Origin: Azolla caroliniana
Lineage: Eukaryota; Plantae; Polypodiophyta
DNA: 64,000 bases
Reading direction: 5' to 3'
Assembly: GCA_043228905.1 (NCBI GenBank)
Contig: JBHGNT010000006.1
Span: forward strand, 7,440,001 to 7,504,000
The notes below the pieces were generated by a model that saw only the letters and a list, made by a program, of their open reading frames with translations, was not told the origin of the DNA and searched no databases. How positions within the stretch are numbered: the first letter of the stretch is position 1; every line of letters starts with the position of its first letter. The position numbers were made by a program, and so were the translations under genes. Positions 54,835 to 64,000 of this stretch are shown here, one piece after another.

Positions 54835-55185
54835 AAATCACAGTCCACAGAATGTTTAAAAAGATAATTAAAGAAGTGTATAAACAATATGTTTCCGTGT
54901 GCTTCTCTGTACTGACTGGTAGTAAATTTCCGGAATCGATCTTGACCAGCAGCATAGAAACTAAATTTTAGCATCACTGAGAGAGAGAGGGAGAGGAAGG
55001 GAGAGAGATGAGAACAGAGAGTTACTGATTTTGGGTCAGGACGGGAAAAAAGGATGATTTTCCACAGGGGCGAGAGAAGATTGGATTTGTCAGGCAACAG
55101 GTGTTGGCGATGGCGTTTCTTTCTCCTCTGCAAATTTTGCGGGATCACACGTACACAGACGGAATAAAAGAGACTGATGATAATT
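54835..55185 (-). pseudogene. Partial genomic duplicate of the Rab1 gene (5'UTR/exon 1, exon 5 and part of intron 5)
   Basis: aacaggtgttggcgatggcgt and aaggatgatttt match the Rab 5'UTR (35625-35700). AGQDRFRKFTTSQYREAHG matches exon 5. 54843-54885 matches Rab intron 5. The start ATG is absent. Confidence 0.85.
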
Positions 55186-55216
55186 ATTATTTGTTCTTAT
55201 TAATTGATTTATCATT

Positions 55217-55527
55217 CATATTTGTTATCATTACTAATCGAAGGGTTAATCTCTCTATTATTCCAGATTTATATTTGTTTTCATTACTAGTCGAAGGGTT
55301 AATCTCTCTATTACTCCATATTTATATTTGTTATCATTACTAATCGAAGGGTTAATCTCTCTATTACTCCAGATTTATATTTGTTTTCATTACTAATCGA
55401 AGGGTTAAATCTCTATATTACTCCAGATTTATATTTGTTTTCATTACTAATCGAAGGGTTAATCTCTCTATTACTCCATATTTATATTTGTTATCATTAC
55501 TAATCGAAGGGTTAATCTCTCTATTAC
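55217..55527. repeat. 53-bp tandem repeat, six copies
   Basis: ttactaatcgaagggttaatctctctattactccagatttatatttgttttca starts at 55231, 55284, 55337, 55390, 55444 and 55497. Confidence 0.95.
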
Positions 55528-55779
55528 ACCAAACTTGTATCAGAGTTCTATCGAAGGATTTATCTCCAGAGTTCTATGAATTGTGCAAACACATACATCT
55601 ATCTATCTTGGGATCAAATAACAACATGATAAAACTTACGAAATGTGAGAAATGTGACCTTGGATATACACGATAAACAATCAGACATTGTATGAAATGA
55701 CGACTATTATCTTCCATTCAGTGGTAGTACAAACAAGCTAGTCCACATCTCTTTAGTGCTAATCCCAGGGGTAAGCCCT

Positions 55780-56670
55780 CACGTATTGCTTTCTACATTA
55801 AGACCTTTGCTACAAGTGGCAATCTACTAGAATTCCAAGTACATATCAAAATCTCTACCACCATCCATAATCTAACGCATGCATTCCTTTATTGTTCTAC
55901 CTGATAATCATTGAAGAGATGGACCAAAACAATAGAGCGATTAGCAATCACTTGTAAAAACCAGCTTTGAACTCTTAAATACCAATCCATCCACCGATGC
56001 TCTTCAAGCTATTTCAAAGAATCCTTGAAACGTATTGAATAGGTTAATGACATTGCATCAACATTATATTCCATAGTTGTTGCCAAATAAACCCATAATC
56101 CCATGCCAACGTAATAATCATGATAACACAAATCACTCATCGTCCAAGGAATTACAATGCTCTCTACCAAATGATGGTGCTCATAGAAATAAAGAGCATG
56201 CTTTGTGCCATGAGACAAGCAAGTGTTATGTACATGAGGACAATAAATTTTAAACGTAATACTTCCATTAGGTAATTGCCAACATTATCCCTTAATTGTT
56301 GTCTTGTGTGAACACATGTTGTGTGCGTGTGTGTGCGTGTGCCAATCGACCACAAAAACCCATTCCATCACGCAATAATCTTCTATCAAAAAATATTGCT
56401 ACCTTTGCCATCAAAGTAGCACGATGATTTGACGATTGAAAAATCACATCATAAAGACCTCTATTTACATCCTTAACACAATAAGGCATTATAAACGTGT
56501 CAAATGTTGCCAACATGGACTTAGTCTCCATCACCACCTCCACAACATCCTCTTCTGTACAATTTGTAGGATCATAAAGCAAAACATTAACAAAATCATG
56601 ACAACTATCAACATCATAATCATCCCCAACTCCATCTTTCCCCCCAAGAATTGCAAACTACGATAGATAT
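55780..56670 (-). mobile_element. Old L1-type LINE fragments
   Basis: HHHLVESIVI...LCYHDYYVG is homologous to the 39704 ORF (NHNLVESIVIL...LLGYYVG). Heavily degraded. Confidence 0.55.
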
Positions 56671-56679
56671 CTTCTCGTG

Positions 56680-56817
56680 ATCCTTAGAATCAATATATCC
56701 CAATCACAACTGAAGCAAGAACTAGTCGAAATGAAAACAAGGAAAACTTATCCTTAGAATCAATATATCCCAATCACAATTGAAGCAAGAACTAGTCGAA
56801 ATGAAAACAAGGAAAAC
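56680..56817 (+). repeat. 70-bp tandem duplication
   Basis: atccttagaatcaatatatcccaatcacaa.tgaagcaagaactagtcgaaatgaaaacaaggaaaac occurs twice. Confidence 0.92.
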
Positions 56818-57133
56818 CTGAGATAATAAGAGTGAGAGGATTTGGCGAAGCAGGGAAGGGAGTTAGTTATGTGTGGCGGAAACAGAGCAGGTTGGAGAGA
56901 CGCGGGAGAGCGGATAGTAGTACAAAAGATCGAGAGTGTTTAACAACGATACATGCGAGATACAGGACATTATATATGTTACAAAGCCCCCCCGAGTGTT
57001 GGCCGGCCGGCTGGCCGGACAACAGGGCTTGACCGGGGATGCCCGCCATGTGGCACCTCTGCATGTCCACCAAGTGGCAGACATATATACATATACCAAT
57101 GTACATCCATGCAGACACGTTTAGCACCCAATC

Positions 57134-57165
57134 TAGGGTTAGGGTTAGGGTTAGGGTTAGGGTTT
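57134..57165 (+). promoter_or_regulatory. (TTAGGG)n telomere-like/telo-box tract just upstream of the CorA-like start codon
   Basis: tagggttagggttagggttagggttagggttt has five GGG tracts and ends in the telo-box TAGGGTTT. Confidence 0.6.
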
Positions 57166-57204
57166 AGTTAGGTGCAGCTTCTCGTGTCATGTATCAAGAT
57201 TCCC

Positions 57205-60200
57205 ATGATGAAGAACCCTTCTGAATATTCAAACCCTAACCCTAATAGTGAGCAACAGCTTTGGGTGGATGGCCTCCTCTGTGCTTACGAGTTCGTCCCT
57301 GGACCTAAGAAACACATAAAACTGACTGGGAAGCTTGATAGCCATGAACCAGGCCTGTTCAAAGGCTCCTTTGACGCTGAGGTGGCTGTGAAATCCACTG
57401 ATGTTGGCACCATCGAAGACATTATTTCTCAAAGAAAGATCCCTTCATCTTCATCTACTCCGGAGCTTGGGCCGAAATCGAGCGCAAACCTCTTCCTCCA
57501 AGAATTACCATCTCAGAAACCTGGCAGTAAAACGAGTAATGAAGATCAACACCCTCGTCATCCGGAACAAGAACAACAAGAAGTGGTAGAGAAGAGGAAA
57601 ACGAGGAGTAGTCACCACTGGGTACCTATAGGATGGAATCGGCTTGAAGCATTAGTTGGGTCAGTTCAGATTGATGCTGATTGGTTGTGGGCTGATGATG
57701 TAGCACTGTCCTCAGAGAATAGCGAGTTCGAGTTTCTTAGCGTTGCTGATGTGGCGATTCCTTACTGGGAACCGAAATCAGGGCCCACATGGTGGTGTAA
57801 TGTATTAGCAGGTCACCCTCGTGTCGAGGCATGGCTCTCTCACTCCCATAAATGGCTCCATCCTGCCGTTAGTAGTGCACTCAAAGACGAAAGCAAACTC
57901 ATTAGCGAACGCATGAAACATTTGTTTTATGAGGTACGTCCTTGTCTGCTTTTTCCGAAATGATCTCATTCATGCATCTAAAACATACAATCTATAAACA
58001 TGCGAGAGAACAAAACATATGTGCTTTGTGAGTTATGGCATGAACATTTCTGGAAATGCAAAAATTGTATGTGTGAGTTTTAAGAAAATGAAAAAATTAC
58101 AAGCATAGAATGAAGAACATGTTTTGTGAGGTGTGTGAATGGAATCAGGATCTAGAAATGAGTTGTGTTCTATGAAATGTTTATGGGGCCTTCATGCAAA
58201 GGAAATCAGCACTCTATATAGTCTCTAGACAGCTTTGAGAGAGAGAGAGAGAGAGGTTTTGTTATGAATTATTTGTTTATGCCTTTCCTGCAAATGAAAG
58301 TAGCAATCTATCTAGACCCCGAAGAATTTTGAGAGAATGAAACTTGTGCTGAGATATGATGAACGTTTCACGAAATGCACTGTTTGTGCTAAAGGAATTA
58401 GCAATGTATGTATATTCTAGAGGTTTTTCAAAGAAGGGACATTTGCTGAGGATGTTTCAAGCAGGAAATACAACCAATTTTAAGAGAATGAAACATGTGT
58501 GATTTGTTTTCATGCAAATGAAATTAGCAATATCAATTGAAACGTGTGTTTAGGTTGTGCAATGAAACGTATCTTTTATCAGATATATCTGAATGGTTCT
58601 GAGACGTGTGTTTAATGAGTGATGTCTGAATAGATCATGCATGTAGGTGAAAACGTGTTTTAAGAGGTATGTGAATGAATTACCAAAATGTAGAATTATA
58701 CATCTTTTTTATGAGGGGTGTGTGAATGGTTGATGCAAATGAATGTTACAAATTTAGAGAGAATGAAAAATGCTTTATGAGGCATGTTTGTGTGGTCCTC
58801 ACAAATGTCAAAGATTTGTTTTACGAGGTTCATATGAATCATTTATGCAAATGAAATTAGTAATCTGTGTGAACTCTAGAGGTTTTGAGAGATGAACGTT
58901 TATGCAAATAAATTAGTAATCTATGTAAACTCTAGAGGTTTTGAGAGATAAAACATGTGTATAATGAGGTAAAAATTGTTCCAGCAAAAAAAGAAATTTA
59001 GAACGAGGCAATGGTTTTTGTGAGGTATAACAGAATGAAATATTCCAAAATAAAATGTGTTTTATGAGGTATGTATGAATTGTTTCATTCAAATGAAATT
59101 AATCTAGAAATTAACGTGTGTTATGAGGTATGCATGCATGATTTGAACAAATTATCTCACTCCATGTATTTTATGCGGAAAAGTACAGACAGTTAATTAA
59201 ATGAAAATACCAATCTAGAACAAAATGTCTTTTATGGAGGTCATACATGAATGGTTCATTCAATGAAATTAGCCATCTATGTAGAGGTTTTTGTTTTTTT
59301 GAGGTTTTATGAATGGTTCATGATATCAGTTTCATGCAAAAGATTTCAATATGGATATCTGGAGGTATTCTCTACAAAGATATTAATATCTTAACATGGA
59401 GTTCTCTGGCTAATAAGAGTACCTGAGGATTTAATACATATGACTCAAATTTAGGTGCCAGTCCGTGTTGCTGGTGGTCTTCTCTTTGAGTTGCTTGGTC
59501 TGTCTATTGGCGATCCTCATCGTGGAGAAGATGACGTTCCCATTGTCCTACGGTCTTGGCAAGCACAAAAATTTCTCTTAACATCCTTACATGTGAAAGG
59601 AACTTCAAATCATCTAAATGTTCTTGGGATTTTTGAAGTTCAGGTAATTCCTTTTTTGCATTTGCAGTAGGTACTAGTGAAATAGAGATTCTTTATATTT
59701 GTATATTAATTTTATGCAGATAAGAAATCCACTTCTTTCATTTAATGATGTTTCAAAATTTATATCTATATATCTAAACGTAATACTTCATTAGTGCTTT
59801 ATATGGTATTATTATCTTTTGAGTGTTTATTTTTGTATTTTTAACCATATACTTTGTTGATCTAGGATCTCATTGGAGCTGGTGGTGCTGAAGCACCGAA
59901 GTCAGTCCTTGAAGTGATTGCTCATCTTGCCAATCGTCTTGCAAGATGGGATGATAGGTTCTCTTCTATCAATAATGACATCTTTCTTCTTCATGGTTTA
60001 TTATTTGAAACTCTTACCATTTATTTTCTTCCTTGCATTTACCTTCAAAAGAAGTACAAGCTTCTTTGTCTGAAACAATATCAGGCTAGTTTTCTGGACG
60101 TTTTCATTGTTAATGCAGATTGTTTCGGAAAAGTGTATTTGGTGCAGCAGATGAAGTGGAACTGAAGTTTGTCAACAGGTGTTTTTCTAATTCAGTTCCA

Positions 60201-61676
60201 CTAGCACACAAATATTAGTGCGAAAAAAATCCACATGCTTCTTCTATTGTCACTTGTGATGCATTTTAAATGTGGGAAAACCTTTCTTCAGGAGAGGAAA
60301 TGAGGATCTGGCGTTACTTAGCATTATATTAAACCAAGAAATAAAGAGATTATCTACTCAGGTATGAATTACACTACACAAAAAAAGTTTTGCTTTTGTT
60401 TATGTTTGTCTTTTATTTTCTTAATTGTATAGGTATCATTTTTCACTTTTCTCCATTCAGAAGTATGATCAAATTTGTCTTGGATTTGCTGCATAGAAAA
60501 GAAAATCCATAGATGAATGAAGATCCTCATAAAAACAAAAGTTGTTTTGATGTTGATTACCTCCTCAACATCTATGATAGGAGCTAGGCATGTGTACTTC
60601 CCAGGTTTAAACAAGTTTAAGACCAGAGTAAATTGTGTGTGTTTAATATATCAAGAAGCTTCCATGAATCTAGATGTATTATGAGTAAAATCTTGTTCCA
60701 AGCATGCTAACGAGCTTTTGATTTTTTTTGTTCCCTCCAACTTGTACAGGTAATACGGGTGAAGTGGCAATTACATGCTAGGGAGGAAATATTATTTGAA
60801 TTGGCAAATCATTTGAAAGGAAGTTCAACACAAGCCATATTGGCTGCTATAAGACACAGTACCCGGGAGATGATTGCAGAACAGGAAGCTGTCCGTGATC
60901 GCATTTTTACTGTCCAGGATGCAATGCAAAATGCTGTGAGGTCTGTTTTACAGGTACTCATCAATATGTGTGCTGCTTTTGTTTAGTATAGTGAGAGGGT
61001 TAGAGGTTTGTTCTCAAAAGCATAGAGAATTTTCCCAAATTGAATTAAAAAGAGTTTCCCAAATTGTATACTGTAGGATTTTATTGCCACATAGTTCTGA
61101 TCTAAGCGGCTCATAAATCTTCAAAATGTGACTAGGGTAGAGATTTGTTCTCGAGGCTTTTGAATTATGTATTTTCTGTCAAAACTGTTGCCTTAAATTG
61201 CATCCATAAGGTTTTCTTCTCAATAGATTTTATCAATATGGTACTTTTTATTTTGTATTTCTTTCAAGGATAAGAGCGTACGGATCACACACAATTTAAC
61301 TGTATTCGGAGGTTGTGGTCTCGTATTGTCCATCATAACAGGGCTATTTGGAATCAATGTGGAAGGGATTCCTGGAAGTGCAAACTCTCCACATGCGTTT
61401 CGTGACTTTTCAGTATGTTTTCTTGTCCTCGGGCTAGTTTTGGTAGGGCTTGGATTTGTTTACCTTGGGCTGAAAAAACCAATTTCGGAGGAGCAACTCC
61501 TGAAGAGACAGAGAGAGCTTCAGCAATTGGTGAAGTCTTTTCAACATGCCGTGGAATCGCATGAAAACTTCCGATATGCAGGCCCCACGTCTTATTATTT
61601 ACCGATAGATCAAGGCACTGATTATGATCTAAGCATTCATGGCAACAATAATGATGGTTATTCTAGGATCATCTGA
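57205..61676 (+). CDS. CorA/ZntB-like divalent-cation transporter family protein. Exons 57205-57933, 59455-59643, 59866-59957, 60119-60178, 60292-60361, 60750-60953, 61269-61676
   Basis: Peptides LWVDGLLCAYEF, SERMKHLFYE|VPVRVAGGLLFELLG and RLARWDDR|LFRK. Two C-terminal TM helices surround ITGLFGINVEGIPG. GT-AG introns keep frame. Confidence 0.9.
58000..59350 (+). repeat. Degenerate tandem array filling intron 1 of the CorA-like gene
   Basis: Recurrent tgtgttttatgaggt...gaatgg...catgcaaatgaaattag(c/t)aatcta...ctagaggttttgagaga units. Confidence 0.7.
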
Positions 61677-62193
61677 GGAGCTCCGAGAGGCTCTGTCTTG
61701 TATTCTCCTCAATTATGTATATGCATTTAACTTTACAAAATATAAATGTTCGTTTATAAACTAAAGCTATACATTCTTTAAATGATCATGTTTATGATTG
61801 TACTTGCATATGTTGCTTGCTTTCTAATGACATTATTTAATTATGTAAGCCTTTCCAACTTGTTCATGAAACTTTTGTTATGTGGACCTCATAGCTTATT
61901 TTGTCGGAACTAATATTTCTTGCTTTTGTTAAGGCACTTATTTCGATGTAAACAATATATTTCTCTCACACATGGAGGGTTTTAATTGTCGACTAAAACC
62001 CCATCATAGGAAGGAGACACATCGAATGTGATCTCCTCTCATAATAAGCTTACCCTAGTGGGTTTGAAACCCAATTTTCTTACCTCTATTATATACTTCA
62101 TATATATTCTCTTAATTCACTAGATGAAACCCAATTTTTTTGCCTCTATTATATACTTGATATATATCTCTTAATTCACTAGATGCCATTATA

Positions 62194-62309
62194 GAATGTA
62201 GGGGTTGAACCCATGACCACCTACTCTCTATTGGGCAACCTTACCAATTGAGCTCTCTCTCTCTCTCTCTCATGACCACCTACTCTCTATTGGGCAACCT
62301 TACCAATTG

Positions 62310-62313
<4 letters not shown>
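62194..62313 (-). mobile_element. tRNA-derived SINE-like head, partly duplicated
   Basis: Minus strand shows AGCTCAATTGGTAAG (A box) and GGTTCAACCC (B box). A related head tagcttagttggtaagtttgcccaat lies at ~15760 on the plus strand. Confidence 0.55.
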
Positions 62314-62346
<33 letters not shown>

Positions 62347-62350
<4 letters not shown>

Positions 62351-62532
62351 GCCATACTTAAAGACACCACCTAGAAGGTTGAGCTCATATGTGTATGCCT
62401 TATTCACACATAGAGACTTTGTGCTTCAATGTATGAATACCCCTTCTTAGGAAGGAGACACATATCAAGAACACATGTATACTTTGGTCTCATAAGTCAA
62501 AATTAGCCTCTTTATGGACAACAAAAGCTTCT

Positions 62533-62535
<3 letters not shown>
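62347..62535 (+). mobile_element. Short 3'-end fragment of the RTE-X-like LINE, flanked by (CT)n on both sides
   Basis: Near-identical to 41390-41570 (agaaggttgagctca...catagagactttgtgcttcaatgtatgaatacccc...cctctttatggaca). Confidence 0.88.
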
Positions 62536-62577
<42 letters not shown>

Positions 62578-63239
62578 ATCAAATTTGATCGATAGTGGCC
62601 TCAAAAATATATAATATATGCATAAATACCATGAATTGACATGATACAGCTATATTCTTCAAACTATCACCTTTAGGATTCTACCATCTTCCAATAGTGT
62701 TCAATATTCAAGGCCTTGGCCCCTTGGCCTTTCTTTTACATCAACAATATTATTGAAATGATACCTTTAGAATTCTACCTCTTACAACATTGTTTAAGTG
62801 CAACAACATTGTTTAAGAACATTTATGGCCTTGTCCATTCTTGTTTCTCTTTACTATTGATTTTTATATAGCCAATCAAAACAGTGCTTAACGAATGGTA
62901 AAGAAATAAGGAAACAATGATTGTAAAAAACTAGTTATTGGCAATTGGAAAGTGGAAAACAATACAATATAGACAATTAATGGCAACTGAAAAGCACAAA
63001 TAGGATGATTGCACATCATGTAAGCATCCAACTTAAATTCAATCTTTCACTATTTCAAATTTGAGATAATGCACACTTTTAAGGTTCTCCAAGAACCATA
63101 TTTACAAAACGCTTTCATAGTCCCAAGGTGGAAGACAGTATGATATTCATCACTAAACTCTTGAAAAGTATAGTTTGCAAAAAAATGGAGTTATCTAACA
63201 ACTGGTTGTGACAGAAAATGATGGTCTGACCAAGCAATA

Positions 63240-63662
63240 TGTATGGATAATCATCACATTACAGAGGTAGCATCATAAAGTGAAATGAGCTTATTGAGAA
63301 AGTGGATCCATCTATTACAAGTGACCTTAGTGTGTGTATCAGCTTACCACAGCCTGAACTGAAGCCATTGACAATTTATGGGTTAGCAAGCTACTCAAGA
63401 GGGTAGTAAACATTATCTGAAAGCGCAAAAAACTCTTGACATTGTATCATACAACATGACAACCATACAATCAGTCTATATATGGATAATCATCCCATTA
63501 GAGAGGTTGCATCATAAAGTGAAAAGAGCTTATTGAGAAAATGGATCCTATTCTATTACCTTTCAATTTCATCTTACCTACCACTGCCTCAACCAAGTGA
63601 GCTTACAAGCTTTTACCAGCTTTGGTTTATATGTATTGTATCATACAACATGACAACCATAC
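63240..63662 (+). repeat. Short dispersed direct duplications
   Basis: tatggataatcatc...gagcttattgagaaa.tggatcc occurs at ~63242 and ~63481. attgtatcatacaacatgacaaccatac occurs at ~63441 and ~63635. Confidence 0.8.
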
Positions 63663-64000
63663 TAGTGACTTTCTTAGTAACTCTACATGAAGTAACTGCT
63701 CCATAATGTACCCATTTGCTACTAATTGCAAATAACAGAACTTCCTACTTAGTGATCTGAGACATACTCCCTTGCAAAAGTTAAAAGACCTAATGAATCA
63801 GATGTTTTTTCACCAAATATAGCAATATATTGCACATATGCTATATTGAGTGCACTTTTCAATATGAAATACAATTTGAACTTTGACGCCCAAAGATAAA
63901 TCTAGACCACGTATTAACCATCAGAACTAGACAGCTAAGATTTTGCCAAGGATCAATTATATGGATGTCGGTAACAAGTATGCAAAATTCATCTGATCAC

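Noticed and set aside
54780-55148. 122-aa ORF as a functional second Rab protein
   Set aside because: It lacks the P-loop, NKxD, SAK and prenylation motifs. Only an exon 5 remnant is present.
57134-57165. True telomere or chromosome-fusion scar
   Set aside because: Only about five units, located in a gene leader with no subtelomeric context.
23205-61676. VIT1 plus CorA-like gene as a metal-homeostasis cluster
   Set aside because: They are more than 30 kb apart with unrelated genes between them and no shared motif was seen. Synteny or co-expression evidence would be needed.
57205-61676. Recent bacterial horizontal transfer of the CorA-like gene
   Set aside because: It has six spliceosomal introns and N-terminal motifs typical of a plant family.
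62194-62254. Functional tRNA gene
   Set aside because: A and B boxes are present, but no acceptor stem or clean cloverleaf could be formed and the 5' end is replaced by microsatellite.

Overview
Eukaryotic land-plant nuclear DNA with GT-AG introns, abundant (GA/TC)n microsatellites and a PLS-class PPR gene. The PPR and TE style suggests a seed-free plant such as a fern, but that is inference. There are five intact-looking genes: an AGCVIII/AGC2 (OXI1/UNICORN-like) kinase (+, 2 exons), VIT1 (+, 4 exons), a RabD/Rab1 GTPase (-, 8 exons), an intronless PLS-E PPR protein (-) and a CorA/ZntB-like transporter (+, 7 exons). Most of the rest is decayed mobile DNA. A ~12 kb Ty3/Gypsy element with an extra 3' coiled-coil ORF is inserted in an old L1 and carries two solo LTRs and a hAT MITE. 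There are also Copia remnants, a near-complete dead L1, RTE-X-like LINE pieces, another solo LTR, a second TIR element and a tRNA-like SINE head. The most interesting observations are: (1) two LINE families repeatedly abut GA/TC microsatellites in opposite, family-specific orientations; (2) a duplicated, ATG-less piece of the Rab1 gene with a 6x amplified promoter motif lies just upstream of the PPR gene and may supply its promoter and 5'UTR; (3) a decayed DYW deaminase domain lies behind the PPR stop codon; (4) two TGTCG...CGACA solo LTRs have 4-bp rather than 5-bp target duplications. All alignments were made by eye and no database searches were run.
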